The position numbers and the translations under genes were made by a program. From Acidobacteriota bacterium (GTDB taxonomy: Bacteria; Acidobacteriota; UBA890; WLXD01), in the NCBI GenBank assembly GCA_963666055.2, contig CAXWPH010000014.1:384001-448000 (forward strand): a stretch of 64,000 nucleotides of DNA, written 5' to 3'. The notes beneath the pieces are model-generated. The model was given only the letters and a program-made list of their open reading frames with translations. It was not told where the DNA came from and did not search any database. How positions within the stretch are numbered: the stretch's first letter is position 1; every line of letters begins with the position of its first letter. Shown piece by piece: positions 47,721 through 58,520 of the stretch.

Positions 47721-48598
47721 CTGAGCGCCTCCATCAGTGCCGGCCGGGTGCCAAAATCGCCAAGTCGGAGGCCCGCAGCGAGCAGGTCTTCGCGAAGTGC
47801 AGCCAAGCCCCTCGCCTGAAGCTCATACACCTGCTTGTAGTTCCCTATCTCGAGAAATACGGCGATCTTTCGCGCCGACATGCCGTGGCGGAATCGTAGA
47901 CTCACAGCGGTCCGCTCGGCGTTCGACAGCCTCCCTATGGCTTCGCGGAGCACAACCACGGCACGCTCCTGGGTCACCAGCTCCTCCGGGGCGACCGTGG
48001 AGACGGCCAGTTCGCGAACTCTCTTGGGTTCTCCGTCCCGCGGCTCCGCGTCCAGCGACACCATGCTGCCGCGTCCCGGGCCAGCGAGGGTCAACCGCCA
48101 GTGATGATCACGGCTGAGCGTCTCGCGGATGACCGCTAGACTCTCCTCTACGTCCGTTTCCGTGCACTCCATCCCGTGATTGGTCCGCAACATCTGCGCA
48201 ACCTCATGGGCCGAGTACCCCTCCCAGTAGTAGTAGCGAAACACCATACGACGTACCTGCGGCAAGGCCTGGACACCTAGGTACATGCGTCGTCGACCAC
48301 GCGAAGTCCGAATCCACTCGCGACCGAGATTGAACGTCACGGCAGCCAACCAGGTCGTGAACTTGCAAGCGCCGCTAGGACCGCTTCCCCTGAACTGCTT
48401 CACTCGCCTGCAATCCTCGGCCCTTAGCCGTTCGCAGATATGAGCGTAGATCTCCATTCGCTCGTCGTATTGCCGTGTCAAACGCCGGATACAAGCGAAC
48501 AAGAACGGTGAAAACTCTTCGATGAATGGTTTCCATGCCGCCGCGCCGTGACGGAAAACCTCCGCAACCGCATCAGGCAAGGCGGCCGGTCGATACAT
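47717..48598 (-). CDS. Atypical sigma-70-family (ECF-like) factor with two region-4-like segments
   Basis: Region 2 KFTTWLAAVTFNLGREWIR; LPQVRRMVFRYYYWEGYSAHEVAQML and LSNAERTAVSLRFRHGMSARKIAVFL; start uncertain (frame open to 48832). Confidence 0.82.
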   Translation of the reverse strand: MYRPAALPDAVAEVFRHGAAAWKPFIEEFSPFLFACIRRLTRQYDERMEIYAHICERLRAEDCRRVKQFRGSGPSGACKFTTWLAAVTFNLGREWIRTSRGRRRMYLGVQALPQVRRMVFRYYYWEGYSAHEVAQMLRTNHGMECTETDVEESLAVIRETLSRDHHWRLTLAGPGRGSMVSLDAEPRDGEPKRVRELAVSTVAPEELVTQERAVVVLREAIGRLSNAERTAVSLRFRHGMSARKIAVFLEIGNYKQVYELQARGLAALREDLLAAGLRLGDFGTRPALMEALR

Positions 48599-48967
48599 GT
48601 CTCCCGACGATTCCGCTCTCGCATCGCCGACAGGGTCGCTCGCATTTGCCCGCTTCGGACTGGCGCGCGACACGCCCCGGCACGGTGCAGTGGGATCTGG
48701 ATCTTCAGTCAGAGGTTCAGTCGGCACCGGGTAACTCGCCTTCGCCTGGGGTGCATCACGCCCGTCGTGACCCTCATCAGAGATGGACGGCCATCGAGCC
48801 AATGGTTCTCCGTAGAAAGCAGCTAGCGCCACGGATTCCGACCGATTCGGCCACTATTACATGCAACCCTTCGAGGCACCGGCGCCACTTACAACCGAAT
48901 CGTCGGGTAGCCGCGCCTGCGGAGCGCCGCGCCCGACCCATGAGACTCTCCCTGCAAGGTGGCGACG

Positions 48968-49498
48968 ATGCGACTCGCTAGATTGACGCGGCTCCCGCAC
49001 ATCGGCCTGATCCTCGGACTCTTGACAGCCCCCGCGTTGGCACCAGCTGCAGAGCCCGACGCCGCGAGCCGGCTCTTCGAACGCTTCAAAGCGCTCGAAG
49101 GTAGCTGGCAGGCCGAAAGCACCGCCGGCTGGAACGAGGTGAGCACCTTCGAGATCATCGCGCGCGGCTCAGTGGTGATGGCCTCCGTGTCGTTCCGCGA
49201 TGCTCCCGACCGCAAGATGGTGACGATGTACTACCTCGACGGCACGGAGCTGGTCGCGGTGCATTACTGCGAGGCTCGCAACCAGCCGGCGCTGCGGGCC
49301 ACCGAGCTCGATGCCGAGGCCGGCACGGTTACCTTCACGTTTGCCGGTGGTGGCAACATTCCGACGCGCGATTACGGGCACATGGACAGCGCGGTCTACC
49401 GCTTCATCGACGAGGACAGCTTCACATCGCGCTGGACTTGGTTTCAGGACGGCGAGGAACAGTGGCTCGAAGATGTCGAGTATCGGCGCATCGACTAA
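48968..49498 (+). CDS. Secreted hypothetical protein (beta-barrel/lipocalin-like)
   Basis: Signal peptide; FERFKALEGSW; MVTMYYLDG..HYCEARNQP; GHM. Confidence 0.75.
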   Translation: MRLARLTRLPHIGLILGLLTAPALAPAAEPDAASRLFERFKALEGSWQAESTAGWNEVSTFEIIARGSVVMASVSFRDAPDRKMVTMYYLDGTELVAVHYCEARNQPALRATELDAEAGTVTFTFAGGGNIPTRDYGHMDSAVYRFIDEDSFTSRWTWFQDGEEQWLEDVEYRRID

Positions 49499-49514
49499 AC
49501 GCGACCCGCGACGA

Positions 49515-50045
49515 GTGAGCAACGACGAGGCGCCCGACCGCTTGCTCGTGGAAGCCTATCTGCGCGGTCGCTCGGAGCGGGCCTTCAGGCAACTGTACCG
49601 GCGGCACACGAGCTCGCTGTATCGGTTCGCGGTGCTGCGAGTGGGTGCCGACAGCGCCGAGGATGTGGTGCAGGAAACCTGGATTCGGGCGGCGCGCCAG
49701 CTCCACCGGTTCCAGTGGCAGGCCTCGTTGCGTAGCTGGCTCACCGGCATCGCGCTCAACTGCTGCCGCGAGGTCTGGCGGAAACAGCAGCGTTCACCTC
49801 CGCCAGCGGCCGCGAGCCAAGCTCTGGCACGCGGCGAGAGTCTGCGTCTCGATCTGGCGCGTGCGGTGGAGGAGCTGCCGGAGCGCGCTCGCGAGGTGCT
49901 GCTACTGCACGACGTTCAAGGCTTCACGCACCTGGAGATCGGCGCCACTCTCGGCATCGAGGCGGGCACCTCCAAGAGCCAGTTGTTGCGGGCGCTCCTC
50001 GACAGCAGCCCCCTTGACCAGAAAGGAACACCCCGACATGGATGA
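49515..50045 (+). CDS. ECF sigma factor
   Basis: AFRQLYRRH, AEDVVQETW, SLRSWLTGIALN, LHDVQGFTHLEIG..GTSKSQL; probable GTG start at 49515. Confidence 0.92.
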   Translation: MSNDEAPDRLLVEAYLRGRSERAFRQLYRRHTSSLYRFAVLRVGADSAEDVVQETWIRAARQLHRFQWQASLRSWLTGIALNCCREVWRKQQRSPPPAAASQALARGESLRLDLARAVEELPERAREVLLLHDVQGFTHLEIGATLGIEAGTSKSQLLRALLDSSPLDQKGTPRHG

Positions 50046-50604
50046 TCAGCTGAGTGGAGAGGAGCGTGAGCAGCTCGCGGCAATCGGCAAGCACTTGCAC
50101 CCTCCGGCCGGGTTGGAAGACCGAGTGGCGGCGTCGCTGCGCCAGCACAAGCTGATTGCGGCGCCACCGGGATGGTCGCCACTTTGGCGCCTGACCGCGG
50201 CGGCAGCAGCGGCGACCGTGGCATTCGCGGCGTTCGCCCTCGGGGTGCGATACGAACGCTCCGGCCCGGCGCCGGCGCCCGAAGGCCGCCGCTTCCTGCT
50301 CATGCTGCTGGAGCCGGCCGACGCGCCGTTGCCCGCCGCCGAGGAGGCAGCGCGGGTTGTCGAGTATCGCAACTGGGCCGGCGAGCTGGCACAAGACGGC
50401 ATGCTGGATGCCGGCGAGAAGCTCGCCTGGGACGGCAATGTGGTGGGTGGCACCGAAATCCCGGTGGCGGCCGCTGTCGAGCGCGTCACCGGCTTCTTCA
50501 TCGTCCGCGCCGAGTCACTGGATGAAGCCCTGGGGCTGGCGCGCGCATGCCCCCATGCGGTGCACGGCGGCCGCGTGGAGGTGCGCGAGATCGAGCCCAC
50601 CTGA
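50038..50604 (+). CDS. Putative membrane anti-sigma factor with a C-terminal YCII/DGPF-like domain
   Basis: PPAGLEDRV, TM, then RFLLML..Y..WA.EL..GEKL..GFFIVRAESLDEA..A..CPH..GG.VEVREI. Confidence 0.8.
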   Translation: MDDQLSGEEREQLAAIGKHLHPPAGLEDRVAASLRQHKLIAAPPGWSPLWRLTAAAAAATVAFAAFALGVRYERSGPAPAPEGRRFLLMLLEPADAPLPAAEEAARVVEYRNWAGELAQDGMLDAGEKLAWDGNVVGGTEIPVAAAVERVTGFFIVRAESLDEALGLARACPHAVHGGRVEVREIEPT

Positions 50605-50831
50605 GCCGCCAGGTGGCCGATAGATGCCCCGCTCCTCCGGGGTCGGATCAGCGGCGCTGCAGGGTGCTCGTGCGAGAATGTCGAAGCCGTTCGCCGGTTC
50701 TCCGCGACAGAGAGCGCACTCCAGATCGGAATCTTGCGTCCAGGCTCGTCTATTAGGGCGAGTGGATCCAAACCGGCGGCGACACGTCCCGGTCGGGACC
50801 CCTGCGGACCAACCTCGGGGAGATCAGCGCC

Positions 50832-53060
50832 ATGCCAAGAGCTCATACAGAGGAGCCATTCGAGCGCAGCTGCGATGCGCTCGTAGTTCAGGTCGGTCGG
50901 GCGGAGCCGGACGACGCCAGCGCCCTGCGACTTGCCCGCCAGGTGGTTCGCCAAACGCTGCGCGGCAAGTGGCGCGTCCAGCCGCTCGGTGCGGGCTCGC
51001 GGGACTTCGAGGTGCGCCGCGCTCGCGCCGACAAGAGCATCCGTATCTCGACCGCCTGGAACCTGACCAGCAAGCTCAACGCGCACCGCGACGTCATCGC
51101 GGCGGAGCCGGCATTCGTGCTGCCGGGTCACGCGCCGGACGAGGCGCAGGTAGGGAAACTCTTCACGCAGGCCGAGCAGCTGGCAGCGAAGAGCAGCGGC
51201 GACAATGCTGACCTGCCCTGCGCCAAGGTAGACAACTGGGCCATCAAGTTGGTCTCCGCCGACGACGCCTGGAACCTGGTGCCGACCGACCCCAGCGGCC
51301 GCGCCATGGGCAAGGGCGTCATCGTCGGTCACCCGGATACCGGCTACACGCAGCACCCGGAGATCCTACCGATCAAGGCGCAGGGTGGGCGGCTTCGCGT
51401 TGCCGATGGCTACGATTTCGAAGACGGCAAGAAGGACCCACGCGACCCTCTCGAAGACGGCGTGCTGGAAAACCCGTCGCACGGCACCAGCACCTCGAGC
51501 GTGATCATGAGCGGTATCGGTGCGCCGGTGGCGAACGCCATGGCAGGCCCGGCAGCCGTAACCGGGGTGGCGCCGCTCGTCGAGCTCGTCCCGATTCGGG
51601 TGACTACGAGCGTCGTTCTGCTGTCGTTTAGAAACCTTGCCAAGGGCATCCTCCACGCCACGGCGAAAGGTGCCCACGTGATCTCGATCAGCTTGGGCGG
51701 GCCGCTCCGGTCCGGCTTTCTCGAGCGCGCCATCGAGCACGCCGTCGACAGCGGCGTCGTCGTTCTGTCCGCCGCGGGCAACGTATGGCCCTGGGTCGTC
51801 TACCCGGCGCGGTTGGATCGAGTGATCGGTGTCGGCGCCTGCAATTGCGAACGGGAACGCTGGTCGAAGTCGGCGCGCGGCTCGAAGGTGGATGTCTCCG
51901 CCCCGGGCGCGGCGGTGTGGCGGGCGAAGACCGAGAAGGCCCACTCGGGTAGCCCGTTCGACGTGAAACCCAGCTCGGGAACGTCATACGCGGTCGCAGT
52001 GGTGGCGGGCATCTGCGCTCTATGGCAGGCGCACCATGGCCGCAAGCGGCTGGTCGACAAGTACGGCCTCCCCCGCTTGGCGGCCGTGTTCAAGGAGATT
52101 CTCATCAATCATGGGGTCGATACGCCGCCGGGCTGGAACACGACCAAGGACGGCGCTGGGATCGTCAACGCCGTGAAGGTGTTGAGCGCCACGCTACCGA
52201 ATAGGGCGCCGGCAGGCGGGATGAAGACATTGGCGGGCGGCGGCGCACCGCCGCTCAGCGGCCGGCTCGAGCCCTTCGTGCCGCACTTTCCGGACGTCGA
52301 TCGTGCCGGGCTACGCGCGGCGCTGATCGACTTCTTGTCGACCGACGAGACCAGCCTCGGCGCAGTGCTCGCCAGGCACGGACACGAGCTGCTGTTCCAT
52401 GTGACCACCAATCCCTCGGTGCGTGAAGCGCTCGGCGCGAAGGCGACCAACAAGATGCCGAAGCGCAAGACGCCCAAGAGCGTCCTGGCGGCGGACAAGT
52501 CGTTCACCGACTGTCTATCGCGCGGGCTGCGCAAGCAGATCGGATCGAAGACTTCACCGGGGCCGAGCCCGGCAGCCCCCAACGGCACGGCGCAGCCATC
52601 AGGCGGTGGCACAGGGGGAAGCCCGCCTGCATCGCCAGGCTCGATGAAGCTGATCGTGACCAACAGGAAGGCGATGCGCAGCAAGCACGGCAACGCCGGC
52701 TGGAAGAGCATCGCCGGGGCAATCCAGGCGATGGTCGCGGCCGACCGCGCACGAGGCATTGCCACCCGCTTGGTGGCGCTCGACAGCGTTACGCGTGCCG
52801 CGGTCGAGGGGATGTCGGTGCGCGACGAGATTGCCTCGCGCGGTGGGCGCTCGCTGTCGGTAGCGGCGGTATACGGAGCGCTCGACCGCTTGGCGCGTGG
52901 CGGGCTCGTGCAGTCGCGCCTGTCGGAGCCGACCCCCGAGCGGGGCGGGCGATCCAAGAAGCACTTTCGCATTCGGGCGGCCGGGGTTCGGGCGCTGCGC
53001 AAGGAGCGACAGCTCATGGAGCGCATGTGGAAGGACGTCAAGCTGACGGCCCAGCCATGA
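50832..53060 (+). CDS. S8 subtilase fused in frame to a truncated second domain and a PadR C-terminal fragment (probable deletion chimera)
   Basis: DTG, HGT, AAGN, GTS catalytic motifs; from ~52809 Pad[29 protein letters not shown]. Confidence 0.85.
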   Translation: MPRAHTEEPFERSCDALVVQVGRAEPDDASALRLARQVVRQTLRGKWRVQPLGAGSRDFEVRRARADKSIRISTAWNLTSKLNAHRDVIAAEPAFVLPGHAPDEAQVGKLFTQAEQLAAKSSGDNADLPCAKVDNWAIKLVSADDAWNLVPTDPSGRAMGKGVIVGHPDTGYTQHPEILPIKAQGGRLRVADGYDFEDGKKDPRDPLEDGVLENPSHGTSTSSVIMSGIGAPVANAMAGPAAVTGVAPLVELVPIRVTTSVVLLSFRNLAKGILHATAKGAHVISISLGGPLRSGFLERAIEHAVDSGVVVLSAAGNVWPWVVYPARLDRVIGVGACNCERERWSKSARGSKVDVSAPGAAVWRAKTEKAHSGSPFDVKPSSGTSYAVAVVAGICALWQAHHGRKRLVDKYGLPRLAAVFKEILINHGVDTPPGWNTTKDGAGIVNAVKVLSATLPNRAPAGGMKTLAGGGAPPLSGRLEPFVPHFPDVDRAGLRAALIDFLSTDETSLGAVLARHGHELLFHVTTNPSVREALGAKATNKMPKRKTPKSVLAADKSFTDCLSRGLRKQIGSKTSPGPSPAAPNGTAQPSGGGTGGSPPASPGSMKLIVTNRKAMRSKHGNAGWKSIAGAIQAMVAADRARGIATRLVALDSVTRAAVEGMSVRDEIASRGGRSLSVAAVYGALDRLARGGLVQSRLSEPTPERGGRSKKHFRIRAAGVRALRKERQLMERMWKDVKLTAQP

Positions 53061-55809
53061 AGCAGCGCCGTTCGACCCCGCCTCCGCCATCCGGTCGCAG
53101 CGGGCTGGGACTACGCCCGGAGCCGGGGTCGGGGCCGCGCCCGCCGCGGCTCGCCAGCCTGATTCTGTCGCTCGCCCTGCACCCGGACGATCGCGACTTC
53201 ATTCTCGGCGACCTCGAGGAGGCGTTCCGGCGCCGCGCCCGAGTCGGGCGAGCCGCCGCAATCCTCTGGTACTGGGCGCGGCTGCCCGCGAACACGGCAT
53301 CGAGCTTGCGCCGGCGTGCCGTGGGCAGGGCTAACCCTTCGGGGCGAGGACATTCCGAACAGCGGAGAGAGAGACAGTCGATGACCGACGTGCTCATGCA
53401 GGACTTCATTATTTCCGCCCGCGCGCTGCGGCACCGTCCGGGCTTTGCGCTGGCGGCGGTTCTGACGCTGGCCCTCGGCATTGGTGCGAGCACGGCGATC
53501 TTCTCGGTGGTGCGGGGAGTGCTGCTGAAGCCCCTGCCCTATCCGCAGGCCGAGCGTATCGGAGTCCTGTGGCACGAGTTCGGTAGCGCGCCCAGAATCT
53601 GCCGCTCGTGCACTCCCTGGACTTGCGCGACTATCGGGATCGCACCGAGCTTTTCGAGACGTTCACCATGGCCAGCGGGTTCGAGGCGATTCTGGATGAA
53701 GACGACAACCCTGAGATCGTCGACGTGGCCAACGCGGAGGCTGGCTTCTTCGAGTTCTTCGGAGCATCGCCGATCCATGGTCGAACGTTCTCACGAGAAG
53801 ATGACTCGCCCGGCGCCGCACGTGTGGCGGCCCTCAGCCACCGACTCTGGGTGCGCCGCTTCGGGTCCGATCCCGCCGTCATCGGCGATGTGATCGCGGT
53901 GAACGGGACGGCCATGGAGGTCGTGGGGGTCCTACCGGCGACGTTCCGGTTGATTCTGCCACCCGAGGCACTCTTCCTGCGGGATCCCGACGTGTGGACC
54001 ACGGCGCGTATCGACGCCGCCAACGAGCCAGCCCGCAACGTCACCTTCTACACTGGCTTCGGTCGACTCAAAGCGGGCGTGACCTTCGAGCAGGCGCAGC
54101 AGGAGCTCGACGTCGTCGAAGCCCAGCTGAAGGCCGAGCATCCGGTGCACGCCAGCGCCAACCTGCAAGCTCGCATCGTTCCCCTGCTGGAGGATGTGGT
54201 CAAGAACGCCGAAGCGACACTGTTTCTACTGTTGAGCGCGGTGGGGTTCGTGCTGGTGATCGCATGTGCCAACGTGGCGAACCTGCTGATCGTACGAGGC
54301 CATGCTCGACGGCAGGAGTACTCGCTCAGGACCGCCCTCGGTGCCAGGAAAGGCAGCCTCGTGCGGCTGGCCCTCGTCGAGAGCGCGATACTGGCCGGGG
54401 CCGGAGCCGCACTGGGCGGACTGCTGGCCTGGGGGTGCGTGGCGGCCTTGAAAGTGGTGGGCTCGGCCAGCGTGCCGCGGCTCGAGTCGGTGCAGATGGA
54501 CGGCATGGTGCTGCTGTTTGCGGTCGGCGTAACGGTGGGAAGCGCCACGCTGTTCGGCCTTGTTCCGGCGCTCAGGACAACGGCGAGCGATCCGGCAATG
54601 GGGTTCGCCCGCTCCACTGCTGGACGGCGCGACCGACGCTTTCGAGACATGCTGATCGTCGGGGAGATCGCCGCAAGCCTGATGCTGCTCATCGGCACCG
54701 GCTTGATGGTCAGGTCGTTCGCCGAGCTGATGTCGGTGGAGCCCGGCTACTCCACCAAGGGCGCTCTGACCTTTCGCGTGTCACTCCCCGCCGAACGGTT
54801 TGCCGACAGCGAATCGCGTCGTGCCTTCGTCGACGAGCTGTCCACCGGCCTTTGGCGCCTTCCGGGGGTGACCGGGGTGAGCGCTATCGACCAGCTGCCG
54901 CTGACCGGCTCGGGGCCAATGCAGCCTTTCGCCTACGACGAGGAGACCGCCTCCAACTGGGAGAGCGTCAGTGCCGATGCGCGCTCCGTCGTGCCCGGAT
55001 TCTTCGAGGTCGTCGGCGCCGAAGTCGTTTCAGGCCGCCTCTTCGACAGCACCGACCTCGGCGGATCCGCCGTGGTGATCATCGACGATCAGCTTGCCGA
55101 GCGGGCTTTCCCCGGCCAGGAAGCGGTTGGTCAGGCCCTCCAGGTCGGGCCGAATGCGGCGCCAGAGGAGCAGCGCTACACCCAGGTGGTCGGGGTGGTG
55201 TCGCATCTGCGCCTCCACGATCTGAGTCGGCCGCATAATATGCAGATCTACTGGCCGATGAACGGCTCTCGCCGCTTCAGCGTCATCGTCCGTACCTCGG
55301 GTGATCCGAACGCGCTGGTCTCTGGAGTGCGGGCCGAAATGAGCCGACTCGCCCCCGGGGCTCCGGTCGAGGACATCCGCGCCATCGAAGAGCTGGTAGG
55401 TGACGCGCTCGCGCCTGCCCGACTGGCCCTGGGAGTCATGACCGCGTTCGGCATGGTGGCGATGCTGCTGGCGGCGGTAGGCATCTACGGCGTGCTGTCG
55501 TACGCCGTTGCGCAGCGCACCCGCGAGATCGGCATTCGCATGGCGCTGGGACAGAAGCCCGCCGCCGTTCGTTGGGTCGTGCTAACGGAGGGAGGGCGCC
55601 TGATCGCAGTAGCGGTGGCACTGGGCCTGGCTGGCGCGGTTGCGATGAGCAGGTTGGTTGGCACCCTGCTGTACGAAGTGACGCCGGTCGACCCGCTCAC
55701 CTACCTCACCATGACCGCAGTGCTGGTGTTGACCGCCGGACTGGCCTGCTGGGTGCCAGCGGGTCGGGCTACGCGCGTTGATCCGCTCATCGCCCTACGG
55801 GGCGACTGA
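53057..55809 (+). pseudogene. ADOP-type duplicated ABC permease with a frameshift near 53588 (real or sequencing error)
   Basis: [45 protein letters not shown]; one added G joins the two ORFs. Confidence 0.88.
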
Positions 55810-55889
55810 GGGCAGATCCCCGCTCGAGGTTTGCTGCCTTCGACCGGCGACCCTGAGTTCCTTGCTGCGGGCAAACGAGACGCCGCCCC

Positions 55890-58511
55890 TCACTCACCCC
55901 TGAGGGCCTCCACCGGATCAGTGCGGCTGGCGCGGTACCCGGGAATCGCGGCGGCCAGCGCGCCCGCCCCCAGCAAGACGAGGCCGGCGAGCGCGAAGCT
56001 TGCTGGGTCCGTGCGCTCCACCCCGAACAAGAAGCTGGCAAGAGCTCCCGCGAAGATGATCGAGGCAACGATACCGCCCAAGATCCCACCCACGACAGGG
56101 ACGATTCCCCCCTGAACCACCTCTCTGAGGAGTACCGCGGGCTGAGCTCCGAGCGCCATTCGGATGCCGAACTCGGCCTTCCGGCGCGTTACCGAGTAGG
56201 ACACGACTCCGTAGACACCGACCGTGCCGAGAACCAGTCCGAGCAGTGCGAAGAGGCTCAGGAGGAACCGGATTCGCAGCGGCTCGACCATGGCATCCGC
56301 AACCACTGCTTGCATGGAGGTGATGCGGTCGATCGCCACGCCGGAGCTCAGTCGGCGGATGAGCCCGCGGGCCTGGGCCGCCAGCGCCGTCGGTTCGATG
56401 TCTGTCCGAAGGACAAGCACGTTTCCGGATGCGGGCGCCAGCTGGGCTTTGGGCCGATACATCGCCATGGTGTTGGGTCCTACGAGGCCGTACATCCGTA
56501 CCTCTTCGGCAACCCCCACCACGGTGACCGACTCGGTGCCCGATATGCGGTCGCCCACGCGCTTGCCGATCGGGTCCTGTCCGGGCCACATGGTCGCTGC
56601 GAAGGAGCGGCTCACCATTGCCGTCGGCATCGCATCCGGGCCGTCGCGATCATCGAAGGCTCTACCCTGCACAATCTCGATCCCCATGGCTTGGAAATAG
56701 CCCGGTGACACGGTGCGCCACATGCTGTTGGGGCGCCGCTCGTCGCGCAGATCGGGTCGGTCCTCCACACCGACGGGGCCCTGCCAGCCGCCGTCGCGAA
56801 TCGGCAGCCGGTTGATCAGCCCGGCGGCCTGCACGCCCGGAAGGGCGGCGCCTTGTTCGACGACCTGCTCATGGAAGGCTCGTAGGGAGGCGTCGTCCAT
56901 GGTCTGCTCCGCCAACACATCCAATACCAACACCCCCTCGGGATCGATGCCCGAATCGAGCGATTGCAGGTGCGACACACTACGAACCAAGAGGGTCGCA
57001 CCGGTCACCAGCATGACCGCCAGCAGCACCTCGGCAACAACGAGCGCGCCCTGCATCCGCCCGTCGGGTGCGGCGTCGCCGCCCTGTCCGCGTGCGCCGC
57101 CGAGCGCTCCTTCGAGACGTCCAGCAAGTAAGCCCCGGATGGGAATGGCGGAGACCACGCCGCCGACCGCCAAGGAGAGCGCCAGGGCCACGGCGAACGT
57201 CGTCCAGTCGAGCGACAGCGTCTCTTGAAAGCCACCCTGAAGCGGAAGGCTCGCCACCAGCAGATCGAACAGCCCCACAGCAAGGGCCATTCCCACCGCA
57301 CCCGCCAGCAGCCCCAGGGTCAGCGATTCCGTGAGGAGCTGCCTCGCCAATCGAACGCGTCCGGCCCCGAGTGCGCTTCGTACCGCCAGCTCGCCACTCC
57401 GATCGCAGGTGCGCGTCAGGGTGAGCGCCGTTACGTTGGCGCAGGCCATCAGGAGAACCAGCGCTACCGATCCCAGTAACAGGAGCACTGCGGGGCGTAC
57501 ATCCCCGAGCAGGTGCTCGCGGAGCGGCGTGAAGTAGGCTCCTTTGGTCTTGTCCCAGGCATCCGGATAATCGAATCGCTCGCCGAGCGCCGTCGTCATC
57601 GACACCAGCTCCGTCTCGAGCTGGCTCGGCGCCACGTCGGCGCGAACCCTGCCGATGAGCTCCAGCCAGCCGTTCCCCTGGTAGTTCTGGTCGTCCGGAT
57701 CGCGCACCAGCGGAACCCACAGGCGGAATTCTGGAGTGGGGAAATAGAAACCCTCGGGCATCACGCCAACGACGGTGGTCGAAACACCACCCAGATCAAT
57801 CCGGGTGCCGAGGATCGCCGGGTCGGCGCCGAACTCCTGACTCCAGAGTCCGTGACTCAGCACCGCGACCGGCTCGGCCCCGGGCTGGTCGTCTCCAGTG
57901 ACAAAGGTGCGGCCCAGGTGCGCTGGGGTTCCGAGCACGTCGAACAGAGTCGCGGTGCCCTCCAACAACGTCACCAGAGTGCTGCCATCTCGTCCCCGGA
58001 GCGTGTTGCCGTTCTGACCGTAGGCGGCGAAGCCCTCGAACACGCTGACTCGCTCCTCCAGATAGTCGAACTCGGAGCCGCGCCAGTTCTGGGCACTCCA
58101 GAAAGTCAGGAGGCGCTCCTCGGCGTCGAAGGGGAGCGCCCGCAGCAGCACCCCGTCGACTACGCTGAACAGGGCTACCGTTCCGCCGATGCCGAGCGCC
58201 AGAGTCAGCGTCGCCAGCGTGGTGAAGGCAGGATGCCTGCGGAGCTGACGGACGGACTGCCTGAGATCCCACAGGGTCACGTCGACCATCCCGACACCCC
58301 ACGACGCCCGGACAAGCTCTCGTTGGGAATCCTTCCCGCCGAAGCTCGCATGAGCGCGACGGCGCGCCTCCTGCGGTTCCAATCCGCTGGCAAGGTTCTT
58401 CTTGGCCTCCATCTCGAGATGAAACGCCATCTCTTCGTCCAGCTCGCGGTTCATCTCGGAGCGGCGAAATATCGCCCGCAGCCGCCACCTCAGATTCGAA
58501 AGCCAGCGCAT
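55890..58511 (-). CDS. ADOP-type duplicated ABC permease
   Basis: ELDEEMAFHLEM, LALGIGG, MACANV, EFGIRMALGA, DPVEALRGE. Confidence 0.93.
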   Translation of the reverse strand: MRWLSNLRWRLRAIFRRSEMNRELDEEMAFHLEMEAKKNLASGLEPQEARRRAHASFGGKDSQRELVRASWGVGMVDVTLWDLRQSVRQLRRHPAFTTLATLTLALGIGGTVALFSVVDGVLLRALPFDAEERLLTFWSAQNWRGSEFDYLEERVSVFEGFAAYGQNGNTLRGRDGSTLVTLLEGTATLFDVLGTPAHLGRTFVTGDDQPGAEPVAVLSHGLWSQEFGADPAILGTRIDLGGVSTTVVGVMPEGFYFPTPEFRLWVPLVRDPDDQNYQGNGWLELIGRVRADVAPSQLETELVSMTTALGERFDYPDAWDKTKGAYFTPLREHLLGDVRPAVLLLLGSVALVLLMACANVTALTLTRTCDRSGELAVRSALGAGRVRLARQLLTESLTLGLLAGAVGMALAVGLFDLLVASLPLQGGFQETLSLDWTTFAVALALSLAVGGVVSAIPIRGLLAGRLEGALGGARGQGGDAAPDGRMQGALVVAEVLLAVMLVTGATLLVRSVSHLQSLDSGIDPEGVLVLDVLAEQTMDDASLRAFHEQVVEQGAALPGVQAAGLINRLPIRDGGWQGPVGVEDRPDLRDERRPNSMWRTVSPGYFQAMGIEIVQGRAFDDRDGPDAMPTAMVSRSFAATMWPGQDPIGKRVGDRISGTESVTVVGVAEEVRMYGLVGPNTMAMYRPKAQLAPASGNVLVLRTDIEPTALAAQARGLIRRLSSGVAIDRITSMQAVVADAMVEPLRIRFLLSLFALLGLVLGTVGVYGVVSYSVTRRKAEFGIRMALGAQPAVLLREVVQGGIVPVVGGILGGIVASIIFAGALASFLFGVERTDPASFALAGLVLLGAGALAAAIPGYRASRTDPVEALRGE

Positions 58512-58520
58512 GAATGCCTC

